25,310 bases of DNA from positions 1-25,310 of IMG/VR virus record IMGVR_UViG_3300032092_000220; one strand, 5' to 3'. Shown here in pieces: positions 9,109 through 17,849 of this stretch. The translations under genes and the position numbers were made by a program. The number at the start of each line of letters is the position of its first letter. The stretch's first letter is position 1. Below the pieces are notes generated by a model. It worked only from the letters and a program-made list of their open reading frames with translations, was not told the DNA's origin and made no database searches. The DNA is from a virus. Taxonomy: Duplodnaviria; Caudoviricetes.

Positions 9109-10076
9109 TGGCAGCTTTGACGACAGCTCTTGTTGCGACAGCCGCCGTTGGCGCCGCTGGGTCGATCTATTCGGCCAACAAGCAGACCAAGGCCGCGAAG
9201 AACGCTGCGAACGTGCAGAAGCAGTCGCAGGACGAGGCGCTGGCCTTCCAGCAGCGCGCCCGCGATGAGGCCAAGCAGATCCTCAGCAAGTATTCGACCG
9301 AGGGCGATGCGGCGCGTGGCCGCCAGAATGCGTTCCTTGGCCTGAACAAGCCGAGAGCATCCCAGCCGCAGGCTGCCGCGCCCATGGGCTATGCCGGGGC
9401 TCTGGGCACGCCTGCGGGGATGCGTCAGGTGCGTGGCCGCTATGGTCCCAACGGCCCCATGGGCGAGTTCTCGACGCTCGGGCAGATCGAGGGCGGACCG
9501 ATCGAGATGGGCCAGCCCGGCATGATGTCGCCCGGAGCCGATCCCACAAAGACCGATGCGGAGACGCAGGAGGAGGCGTGGGCGGCCTATGAGCAGACCC
9601 CATGGGCGAAGATCGGGACCATGGAGGCGGGAAAGGCGCGTGATGACTTCCTCACCATGGCCGGAGCGCAGGGCTCGGCCCTGTCAGGGCGGACGGCGCG
9701 CGGCATGTCCGAGGTGGCCGAAGAAGCCAAGCTCCGCAACTTCATGGGCTATTACGGCGCGCTTGGCGATGTGACGGAGCGCGGCTTTTCGGCGGACAGC
9801 GGCATTGCTTCTGGCGGGCAGCAGTTCGCTGATCGTGCTGCGGGCATCAAGCTCGAAGGCGGGCGGACCTCTGCCGACTTCTACCAGCAGAAGGGTCAGA
9901 ACCAGGCGAACGCTGCCAACGACCTTGCGAGCTGGATCGGCTGGGGCATGGGCCAGATGCCTGGAGGCGGGACGGCAGGCGGGACGGGGGGCGGTAGTGG
10001 TCCCAGCTCCATAGGCGGTGGCGCGTTGCAGACGAGGCCGTATCGCGCGGGCGGACTGAGGAGCCGTATCGGATGA
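9108..10076 (+). CDS. Putative DNA ejection/pilot protein (P22 gp7-like)
   Basis: Hydrophobic Ala/Gly N-terminus followed by SANKQTKAAKNAA and an A/Q/G-rich body with AGAQGSALSG; first gene after the GNAT. Confidence 0.7.
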   Translation: MAALTTALVATAAVGAAGSIYSANKQTKAAKNAANVQKQSQDEALAFQQRARDEAKQILSKYSTEGDAARGRQNAFLGLNKPRASQPQAAAPMGYAGALGTPAGMRQVRGRYGPNGPMGEFSTLGQIEGGPIEMGQPGMMSPGADPTKTDAETQEEAWAAYEQTPWAKIGTMEAGKARDDFLTMAGAQGSALSGRTARGMSEVAEEAKLRNFMGYYGALGDVTERGFSADSGIASGGQQFADRAAGIKLEGGRTSADFYQQKGQNQANAANDLASWIGWGMGQMPGGGTAGGTGGGSGPSSIGGGALQTRPYRAGGLRSRIG

Positions 10077-11536
10077 GCACGTTCCGGGCGTTCCAGACAG
10101 GGCTTCAGGCTGGCCAGCAACAGGCCAAGATGCGGCGCGAGGATGATGCGCGTCGCAAGGCGTCCGAAGCCTTTGGCATGGGCAATTTCGAGGGCGCGGT
10201 CACCGGCCTGATGGGCGCGGGCCTGACGGATGAGGCGAGCAGCTATTCGACGCTTGGCCAGCAGCAGGAAGCGCGCAACCGCACGAGGGCCTATGGCGAG
10301 GCGTTCAGGACCGGCATGGGCACAGGCCCGCAGCCCGATCGCAGGGGCGCCTATCAGGCTGTGGCGACCACGGCAGGCCAGCAGGGCGACTTCGGCATGA
10401 TGGCCGACATGGATCAGGTCTTGTCGCAGATGGACGAGAGCCAAGCCTCGCAATTCGCCAGCGGGATGGAGTTCCTTGGCAATACCGCGCTGGGCCTCAA
10501 GGGCGTGCCGCCTGAACAGCGCGGCGCGGCGGCTGTGGAAATCCTCAAAAACTCGCCCTACGGCAACCCGCAGATCATGGCGCAGATCGAGCAGGCCGCG
10601 GCGGATGGCCGGATCACCGATCAGGAGCTGGACAACTTCGCCATGCAGACGATGAGCGTGGCTGAGCGGGTGAAGGCTCAACAGCCGAAGCTGTTCAACA
10701 CAGGGCAGGCGGTTGTCTCTGTGAGCCCCGGAACCGATCCCAAGGCAGAGGTGCTTTACACTGACCCGCAGAAGGCTGGCGGCGGGGTGCGTCAGCCACC
10801 GAGCGGGTACACATGGACCGAAGAGGGCGCCCTTGCGCCTATTCCGGGCGGGCCTGCCGATACCAAGCGGAGCGGCGTGGACGTTGACCCGAAAATCATC
10901 GCGCTGGAGATGACGCAGTCCAGCAAGTGGATGCCGATCCAGAACAACTTTCAGGACATTCAGGCTTCATTCAATCGCATCAATACTCTTGCAGGGAACA
11001 AAAACTCCGCAAGCGATCTTGGCCTCATCGTCTCATTCACGAAGATGCTTGACCCTGGCTCTGTGGCTCGCGAGGGCGAAGTCGCGCTCACACAGTCGGC
11101 GGCAAGCGCGCTTGATCAAGCTGCAATGTGGGCGCCTCGCCTTGCTGGCGGCAAGACGCTTCTGCCTGACAATGTCCGCAAGATGTACGTGGACGCGGCG
11201 CGCGACATGTACGGGGCATACGAGAAAACTTACCAGCGCCTTGCCCGGGACACGCAGAAGCGCGCGACCGAATACGGCCTGAGCCCTGATCGGATCATGC
11301 TGGGCTACGAAGCCAAAGAGCCTGTCCAGTCCAAGACTGTCCAGACGCCAGCCATGCAGATGGGCATCCGCGCCTATTCCAAGCAGACGGGCATCCCGGC
11401 TGAAGCGATCAGCGAGTTCCTGTCCAACCCCGCAACGCCGCAGGAAATCGCTGAGTTCAACCAGGCGTTGGAAGAGGCGGGCTTTGGCCCCAATCAAGCC
11501 GAAGCTCTTTTGAAGGCGCTGCAAGGTGGTCGCTAA
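10073..11536 (+). CDS. Putative DNA ejection protein (P22 gp20-like position)
   Basis: A/Q/G-rich, with PPSGY...LAPIPGGPAD and SDLGLIVSFTKMLDPGSVAREGE motifs of the kind seen in phage internal virion proteins. Confidence 0.68.
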   Translation: MSTFRAFQTGLQAGQQQAKMRREDDARRKASEAFGMGNFEGAVTGLMGAGLTDEASSYSTLGQQQEARNRTRAYGEAFRTGMGTGPQPDRRGAYQAVATTAGQQGDFGMMADMDQVLSQMDESQASQFASGMEFLGNTALGLKGVPPEQRGAAAVEILKNSPYGNPQIMAQIEQAAADGRITDQELDNFAMQTMSVAERVKAQQPKLFNTGQAVVSVSPGTDPKAEVLYTDPQKAGGGVRQPPSGYTWTEEGALAPIPGGPADTKRSGVDVDPKIIALEMTQSSKWMPIQNNFQDIQASFNRINTLAGNKNSASDLGLIVSFTKMLDPGSVAREGEVALTQSAASALDQAAMWAPRLAGGKTLLPDNVRKMYVDAARDMYGAYEKTYQRLARDTQKRATEYGLSPDRIMLGYEAKEPVQSKTVQTPAMQMGIRAYSKQTGIPAEAISEFLSNPATPQEIAEFNQALEEAGFGPNQAEALLKALQGGR

Positions 11537-14500
11537 CAAGTACGCCAAGTACGTCCAGCCGACGCCTGCGCCGCAACCGGAGCAGCAACCGGCCCCAGCG
11601 TCACAGAACAAGTACCGCAAGTATTTGCAGCCCGTGCCGGAGCCCGCTGCGCCTTCCGCCAATGCGGCTAACCCCATCGTCACAGCCCAGCGCCAAAGCC
11701 AGACGCAGGCAATGTCTCAATGGGCGGCGCAGCAGGAAGCGCGCAAGGCGGCTGAGGCGGCCGATGCCGCCCGCCGTCAGCAGGAGCGTCGTGAGGCGTC
11801 CCGCGTCAACATGGGCGACTTCATCGTTGATGAAAACGCAGCGCCTATCCAGACGGACTATGAAAAGGACATCGGCAAGGGCGTGGCTGGCGCTCCGCTG
11901 TCATTCGGACAGGGGCTTGCCGAGGGTGGCGCGAACCTCATCAACAATGTCACGAACATCGGCGCGGAGGGCCTTAACGCGGCCAACCGGCTTCTGCTTG
12001 GCGACAAGGCTTACCAGTTCACGGGAACCAATATCGAGGTTCCGCGCAACGTCCTGATCGGTGAAGGCGCTCCGCTTGAATCCGTCACTGGAGCCCTTCC
12101 GCGCGGCGTTGGCCAGATGATGGCTGTACGTATGCCGCTTGGCAAACTGAAGCCGGGTGGTGGATTGCCGGGCATGGCGATCAAGGATGCGGCAGCGTTC
12201 GCAGCGACGACAGACAAGGATACCCCGCGTCTTGTCGATATGCTGCCGGCCGGAACGCCCATCGCCAGCGCGCTGCAAAGCCGTGATGGCGAGGGCTATA
12301 CCGAGGCGTTCCTGAAAAACGCGGCTGAAGACCTGACTATGTCAGGCGCTTCGGCTGGCGTCATGAAGCTTGTCGAAACGGCTCTTGGCGCGGGCGGGCA
12401 GGCGGGCAGGCAGGCAGCAAGGGCGCCGGAACCTGAGCCGACCCCGGCCCCCGCTCCGCAAGCACCTGCACCCACGGTGCAGCCCTTCAGCGCCCCGGCT
12501 GAACCTTCGGGCGGCAGCTTCATACGCAATTTTGGAACCCGCGCCATTGGCGGCGGCATCGGGGCCACGCTGGGAGGCGTGGGAGACGCAATCGCAGCCG
12601 AGGGCGACGGATCGCGCGGCGGGCCTGATATCATTAACCCGGTGACCGGAGCGGCTGCCGGCATATTCGGGCCGAGTGTTGTCGCACGTGGCTTGCGTGT
12701 CGCTGCACGCCCGTTCCGTCCCGCTGGCTTTGATGAGCGTGTCGCAGCGCGTGCCGTGCGCAAAGCGCTGCTTTCGGGCGGTATCAAATCAGAACAAGAC
12801 GCGCTCAATGCAGCCCGCGCCAGGTTTGGCGACAAGCCGGCGTCTGTGGCCGATCTGACGCAGGAAGGCGTCGGGATCAGCGCGGGTATTTCGCGCCTGC
12901 CCGGAGCGACGGGAGACGTTGCGCGTGCCCGCAGCGAAGACCTGATCAGCAACCGGGCTGGCCGTCTTGAGCGCGATATTGGCGAGGCAACCGGAGCCAA
13001 CCCGGCCACTATTTCCGGTGACGTGGACCGCATGATTGCGCTTGCTCAAGAGCAGGCTACGCCGGCTTACGATGCTTTGCGTGCGCAGTATCCCTTTGGC
13101 AGCCTGACCAGCCCCCGGCTCAAGGAATTGCGCGAGCTGGATATTCTGAAGCCGCACATCAAAGGCGTTGAACGTTATCAGGACACGCTGGCGAAAACAG
13201 AGAATCGTGTCGTTGGCGACTTCGAGTTCTGGGATCTGGTCAAACGCAGCCTTGACGACACTGAGCAGGCTGCAATCGCTCGCAATCAACCCGTGCCGTA
13301 TGACCTCGACAGCGCGCGGCAGGCGATTGTCAAAGAGATGGACGCGCGCGTGCCTGGGTATGCTGAAGCGCGCCAGCTTGGCGGTGAGGCACCCAAGATG
13401 CAGGCCGCGTTCCGGCAGGGGCAGGGGCTTCTTGGCGGTCGCTACACCGCTGAGGATGTGTCGCGGCTAGTTCAGGCCGTCACTGGTCAGCCGCTGACTG
13501 CGCTGCAAGCAGGCGTCATTCGGTCGATGGTTGGAAAGACCGAAGGAGCCGGGGCGGCTATTGCGGCTCTTTCCAGCGCGGGAGCGCAGAGGAAGTTAGA
13601 AAAGGTTTTTGGGAAGGGTCCTGCCGAGGCCATGCGGGCGCGCTTCAAAGCTGATGCAGCGCTTGTGCAGAACGCTTCGCGCATCAATCCGAACGTCGGA
13701 TCGGTCACATCTCAGGCAGAGATGAGCCAAGGCGGCATTCTGCCAGCAGCGGCTGATCTCATGCGCACGGTGCGCAGCCCTGTTGAAAGCGCGCTTGCGG
13801 CCATGTCGCGGTCGGGCAGTTACACCAAAGCCCAGCGGGACCTGATGGGCGAAATGCTTCTAGGCGGTGCTGATCCTGACAACCTTGCGCGCATCTTCGC
13901 CGGCAAGAAGCCCAAAGGTGGTGGCCGGGCTTCGCCGTCGCCCGTGCCGTCCACCGGCCTCGGAACCGTTTCATCTGCGCCTCGCAGACCAGAGCAGTCG
14001 GGCTTCGGAGGCGGTCGCAAGCTTCCTATGGATGAAGCGTCACGGATGTCTCGTGCTAGAGAGATGGGATTCGATGTCGATACGCCGCTGTATCATGGGA
14101 CGAACAAGAATATCGAAGAGTTTGCCGTTGGCGCAAATCGCGATGGAGCAAGCGGTTCGCGGGAGGGCCCTCTCGGTGTTTGGCTGACCAACTCGCCAGA
14201 CACGGCGTCAAGCTTTGCCGATTGGGCTGGTCGCGGTCAGGGCGGCGAGAACGTCATGCCGGTATTCGCTCGCCTCAAAAATCCTCTCGTGGTTGATAGC
14301 TACGCAGCAGTCAAAGACGTCATCGACAAATATACCAAATTCGAGCGCCCCGGCTATGAGATTGGTGGGCGTCAGATTAGAATGGTTGGCGACAAACCGG
14401 ACTATGCTGCAGCACGCAAAGCCATGGAAGCGGAAGGCTACGACGGCATCATCATTCGCAACACGATGACGGACAGCGTTGACGGCAACCCCATCGATCA

Positions 14501-15119
14501 GGTGCTCGTCTTCGACCCCGCCAACATCCGAGGCAAGTTCGCCAAGTTCGACCCCTCCGAATCCTCAAGCTCCAAGCTCCTTGCTGGAACAGGAGCCAAC
14601 GCCACCGGCCTAGGCGGTGCAGGCGGTGCAGTTGCGGGCGCAGCCTATGGCGAGTTCGGTCCACTTCAGGACATGGATCGCGACGGAGATACGGACGCAG
14701 AAGACCGGCAGGCCATGCGGATGAGCTATGGCTTCGGCGGCCTTGTCGGCGGCGGTCTTGCAGGAGCCGGAGCGAACAGGCTGCTAGGCCCGCGTCGTGG
14801 TGTGTCGAAGGCCGGGCCGCAGAAGCCCCCCGCTCAGGCCCCGCAGGCAAAAGCAGCGCCTGCCGTCGATCCAAACGACCCGTTTGGCGACAAGGCATGG
14901 CTGGCTCAGAAAAAGATGGGCGCAGGAAAAGCGCCAGTTGTTGAGCCTGTCGATACTTCAACATGGGTGCCGGAAGATTTTCAGGCAGCACGCACGCAGC
15001 TTGGCCAGCTTCTCAGGGAGCGCAGAACCGCGCCGCCGGATCAATGGCTGGACTACGACACCGAGATTGCACAGTTGAAGCAGGCGCTGGAGCAGGACGC
15101 CGCCAAGCCCAAGCGCTAA
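11526..15119 (+). CDS. Large ejection protein (gp16-like position) with an ADP-ribosyltransferase-like (ART-PolyVal-type) domain
   Basis: 1197 aa, Ala/Gly-rich. The segment at ~14028-14580 has RAREMGF, LYHGT, GVWLT, NVMPVFARLKNPL, GYDGIII and VFDPANIRGKFAKFDP. Confidence 0.78.
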   Translation: MVANKYAKYVQPTPAPQPEQQPAPASQNKYRKYLQPVPEPAAPSANAANPIVTAQRQSQTQAMSQWAAQQEARKAAEAADAARRQQERREASRVNMGDFIVDENAAPIQTDYEKDIGKGVAGAPLSFGQGLAEGGANLINNVTNIGAEGLNAANRLLLGDKAYQFTGTNIEVPRNVLIGEGAPLESVTGALPRGVGQMMAVRMPLGKLKPGGGLPGMAIKDAAAFAATTDKDTPRLVDMLPAGTPIASALQSRDGEGYTEAFLKNAAEDLTMSGASAGVMKLVETALGAGGQAGRQAARAPEPEPTPAPAPQAPAPTVQPFSAPAEPSGGSFIRNFGTRAIGGGIGATLGGVGDAIAAEGDGSRGGPDIINPVTGAAAGIFGPSVVARGLRVAARPFRPAGFDERVAARAVRKALLSGGIKSEQDALNAARARFGDKPASVADLTQEGVGISAGISRLPGATGDVARARSEDLISNRAGRLERDIGEATGANPATISGDVDRMIALAQEQATPAYDALRAQYPFGSLTSPRLKELRELDILKPHIKGVERYQDTLAKTENRVVGDFEFWDLVKRSLDDTEQAAIARNQPVPYDLDSARQAIVKEMDARVPGYAEARQLGGEAPKMQAAFRQGQGLLGGRYTAEDVSRLVQAVTGQPLTALQAGVIRSMVGKTEGAGAAIAALSSAGAQRKLEKVFGKGPAEAMRARFKADAALVQNASRINPNVGSVTSQAEMSQGGILPAAADLMRTVRSPVESALAAMSRSGSYTKAQRDLMGEMLLGGADPDNLARIFAGKKPKGGGRASPSPVPSTGLGTVSSAPRRPEQSGFGGGRKLPMDEASRMSRAREMGFDVDTPLYHGTNKNIEEFAVGANRDGASGSREGPLGVWLTNSPDTASSFADWAGRGQGGENVMPVFARLKNPLVVDSYAAVKDVIDKYTKFERPGYEIGGRQIRMVGDKPDYAAARKAMEAEGYDGIIIRNTMTDSVDGNPIDQVLVFDPANIRGKFAKFDPSESSSSKLLAGTGANATGLGGAGGAVAGAAYGEFGPLQDMDRDGDTDAEDRQAMRMSYGFGGLVGGGLAGAGANRLLGPRRGVSKAGPQKPPAQAPQAKAAPAVDPNDPFGDKAWLAQKKMGAGKAPVVEPVDTSTWVPEDFQAARTQLGQLLRERRTAPPDQWLDYDTEIAQLKQALEQDAAKPKR

Positions 15120-15123
15120 CGAC

Positions 15124-15152
15124 AAAGCCCCCACCGGTTAGGGCGAGGGCTT
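15124..15152 (-). terminator. Terminator hairpin between convergent genes, best formed on the - strand
   Basis: The minus-strand RNA AAGCCCUCGCC-CUAACC-GGUGGGGGCUU forms 11 bp including two G-U pairs. Those two positions would be mismatches on the + strand. Confidence 0.7.
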
Positions 15153-15168
15153 CAGTCTAGGCAGGTTA

Positions 15169-15654
15169 TCAGGCGGCTTTTTTCCAGCGCAGTTCGGCCA
15201 GTTGCCGGGCCGGGTTCGTGATCGGCGCTTTCTTCAGATCACGGGCGAACGTGTAGAGCGAGAACACGTTGAACACCGAGAGGCCAAAGGAGGCGACCCA
15301 CAGCGCCCAGTCAGGGGCAAGGTCTTTGCGGGCATCGAGCCAAGCAAGGCCCTGATGGGTCATGCCAGCTTCGATGAGGACCAGTATCGCACCGAGGACA
15401 ATCGTCATCCCCGCCGTGAAGCTGAACCCCTTCTCCTTGCATTCTGCGAACCGGGTGACACACCCGGACAGGATGAGAGAGACCGAAACCAGGACCGCCG
15501 TCAGCATCGCTGCGACGATCCACTCGACCGGATGATCTGCAACGCTGCCGGCAAGGACCGCGTCAGACCAGAACGAGAGGGCGCCAAACCCGATTGCGAT
15601 CCACATCAGGCAGTTGCTTGCCCAGAGAGCGCGATCTTGCGTAAGATAGTTCAT
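15169..15654 (-). CDS. Four-TM membrane protein (moron-like)
   Basis: The only credible reverse-strand gene. It has SD AAGGAA, four hydrophobic segments, a basic C-terminus, its own terminator and an AT-rich upstream region. Confidence 0.8.
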   Translation of the reverse strand: MNYLTQDRALWASNCLMWIAIGFGALSFWSDAVLAGSVADHPVEWIVAAMLTAVLVSVSLILSGCVTRFAECKEKGFSFTAGMTIVLGAILVLIEAGMTHQGLAWLDARKDLAPDWALWVASFGLSVFNVFSLYTFARDLKKAPITNPARQLAELRWKKAA

Positions 15655-15924
15655 AGCTCAGGTTCCTTCTGAGTTAGGGGCGGGAGACCACGGTTTGCGC
15701 CGTGCCCGCCCCGATTGATTGTCAAACATCGCGGAATTGCTTCCGTACTCGCAAGTTAAGCGAGTAATCGCTAAGTCAAACCGAAATTACGTGAAATGCA
15801 GGGCTGAAAAGCCAAGTATTTCCGCGTCTCCAAATCACATTTGCGTGATGATCCTAAGTATTAGGGGCTCACCATACCATACATCCCCGTTGTCCCGATA
15901 GCCGATCGCCGGCAGCGATATGGC
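15655..15924. promoter_or_regulatory. Divergent intergenic control region with hairpins and short palindromes
   Basis: Largest non-coding gap in the window and AT-rich. Minus-strand TTGACT at 15779-15774. Inverted repeats at 15657-15673, 15677-15712, 15732-15745, 15746-15766, 15759-15772, 15834-15849 and 15853-15865. Confidence 0.6.
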
Positions 15925-17295
15925 ATGGCGCCCCTGCGCCTGCTCAACATGTTCGCCGTCCCGATCCCGGCAGAGACAGGAAAGCCGACACGGCTCGCGC
16001 TTATCCCGACGCCGGGACGGGCGCAGCGCGTCGACCTCGGCGCAGAAATCCAGGGCATCTATTGCGAGCCCGGCGTGCGCAACGGTGCGCTGTTCGTCGT
16101 TGCTGGCGGCGACCTCTACAGCATCTCGGCTGCATGGGTGGCCACAAATCTCGGGACCATCGGCGGAAGCGGGCAGGCGGCCTTCGCCGGTCTTCGGGAC
16201 AACCTCTATGTCGCCCGCGCGGCCAAGCCGTGGCGCTATAACGGGTCAGCGCTGACGCAGGTGAGCGATGTCGATGCGCCCGACGCCACCAGCCTGCTTG
16301 TGCTGTCTCAGCGTCTTGTCGCTTCTGAGGACGGGGCGGACACCTATTACTGGTCCAACGTGCTCGACGGCACGTCATGGGAAGCTCTGGGCTTTGCCAC
16401 GGCGGAACAGCGCCCGGACGAAATCAGGCGGATGCTGCGCCTGTCGGGGCAGATCATTGCAGGCGGCGCCAGCTCCATCGAAATCATCCGCGCGACCACA
16501 TCGACCACGCTCCCTTTCCAGAACATCACGGGCCAGTCGATCGATGAGACGCAAGGTTTCCTGTCCGCGCATTCATGGGCGATCCGCGGCGACAAGCTGT
16601 TCCTGATCGGCGGGAACCTGATGCCCTATCTGATGAGCGGCTTTTCGCTCAATCCGCTGCCACGCAACGGCGAGATGGAAGACGACCTTCTGGCGCTCCC
16701 TGCTTCCGACCGCCTGCTCGTCACCTGCATGGCCTATCAGTACGGCTCCAACGAGTTCTTCAAGGTCCGCATCCCGAACAAGGCGGCTTACGTTTTCAAC
16801 ACCACAACAGGCTTCTGGCATCGCGAGCAGAGCTGGGAAGAAGACACCTACCCGCCAAAATATCATGCGACCGCTTACGGGTACGAGGTGCAGGCCGACG
16901 AAGGCGGGACGGCCCTCTACACGCTGGACAATACTGTTTTCACGGATGCGGGAACCACGGTTGAGCGCATGGCGACGCTGCGGGCGTCCTTTGCGGATTA
17001 CGAGATAATCGGCTCGCTGTGCGTGGATCTGCAAGCATTCGGCCGGCCAGCCAGCGGGCAAGGCTCCAACCCCACCATCATGGTGGACGTGTCAACCGAT
17101 GGGCGCAACACGCGCGATGACACGCGCTCGGAACTGACTGTCACGCTGGGAGCGGACGGACGTTACCAGAAGCCTGTCGTCTGGGGCCTTGGCATGGTCC
17201 CGCCCGGCGAGGCGACGAACATCACCATCCGCATGACGGACCCGGTCGGCATCACGATCAACGGCGCATGGATCAATGAAGGGCAGCGCTCGTGA
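15925..17295 (+). CDS. Tail hub / packaged-DNA stabilization protein (P22 gp10-like)
   Basis: 456 aa, beta-rich. Contains LIPTPG, FATAEQRPD, YQYGSNEFF, YVFNTTTGFWH, STDG, VWGLG and IRMTDPV, as in gp10-like proteins. Confidence 0.8.
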   Translation: MAPLRLLNMFAVPIPAETGKPTRLALIPTPGRAQRVDLGAEIQGIYCEPGVRNGALFVVAGGDLYSISAAWVATNLGTIGGSGQAAFAGLRDNLYVARAAKPWRYNGSALTQVSDVDAPDATSLLVLSQRLVASEDGADTYYWSNVLDGTSWEALGFATAEQRPDEIRRMLRLSGQIIAGGASSIEIIRATTSTTLPFQNITGQSIDETQGFLSAHSWAIRGDKLFLIGGNLMPYLMSGFSLNPLPRNGEMEDDLLALPASDRLLVTCMAYQYGSNEFFKVRIPNKAAYVFNTTTGFWHREQSWEEDTYPPKYHATAYGYEVQADEGGTALYTLDNTVFTDAGTTVERMATLRASFADYEIIGSLCVDLQAFGRPASGQGSNPTIMVDVSTDGRNTRDDTRSELTVTLGADGRYQKPVVWGLGMVPPGEATNITIRMTDPVGITINGAWINEGQRS

Positions 17296-17843
17296 CCGAT
17301 AACGTCCCGTTCCTGCAAGTCGGGATGAAGATCATCAACCCGGACGGCACTCCGGTCGAATGGTTCCGCAACGCCTGGAATACGCTTGTCCTGCGCACGG
17401 GCGATGAGACGACAGACACGGTCTTTGCGGCGGTGAGCGGCGCGGCGCAGGCGCGGGCAGATGCAGCAGCGGCACAGGCTGCGGCAGACGCTGCGGCTGC
17501 TGCGGCGGCGGCGGCAACAAGCGGGGCGGGCGGCTCGTCCAGCTTCTATGCCACCGCCAGCCGATCGGTCTGCTTCGGAACGACCTTGACGAGCGGGGCT
17601 GTCACGACCCCGAGCGTCACCGTCACGCCGACGGGCGGCACGGGGCCTTATGTTTATGCGTGGACCTACGATTCCGGTGATGCGGGGTTCACCGCAAACA
17701 GCCCTTCGTCGGCTTCGACCACCTTCACCGGAACGGTTGCGGCAGGCGAGGACAAGGTCGCCGTCTGGCGCTGCACTGTCACGGACTCACTTCTGGCGAC
17801 CTGCTTCGTCACCGTTGGCGTTTCAATCTCAAGCCTGAGCTGA
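17292..17843 (+). CDS. Putative tail needle (gp26-like position) with a C-terminal Ig-like domain
   Basis: Directly after the gp10-like gene. It has IINPDGTPVEWF, an Ala-rich helical stretch, then VTPTGGTGPYVYAW...CTVTDS. Confidence 0.55.
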   Translation: MTDNVPFLQVGMKIINPDGTPVEWFRNAWNTLVLRTGDETTDTVFAAVSGAAQARADAAAAQAAADAAAAAAAAATSGAGGSSSFYATASRSVCFGTTLTSGAVTTPSVTVTPTGGTGPYVYAWTYDSGDAGFTANSPSSASTTFTGTVAAGEDKVAVWRCTVTDSLLATCFVTVGVSISSLS

Positions 17844-17849
17844 AATCAC

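Noticed and set aside
15677-15712. GCAAA-loop hairpin as a c-di-GMP-I riboswitch
   Set aside because: Only the short GCAAA resemblance is present; the two-stem architecture and other conserved nucleotides are not evident.
15719-15901. 60-aa ORF in the intergenic region, considered as an Arc/Mnt-like regulator
   Set aside because: TTG start, no SD, and no ribbon-helix-helix or HTH pattern; the region reads as regulatory DNA.
17440-17525. GCN-rich run as a DNA repeat or contingency locus
   Set aside because: It encodes an Ala-rich helix using mixed codons and is not a perfect tandem repeat.
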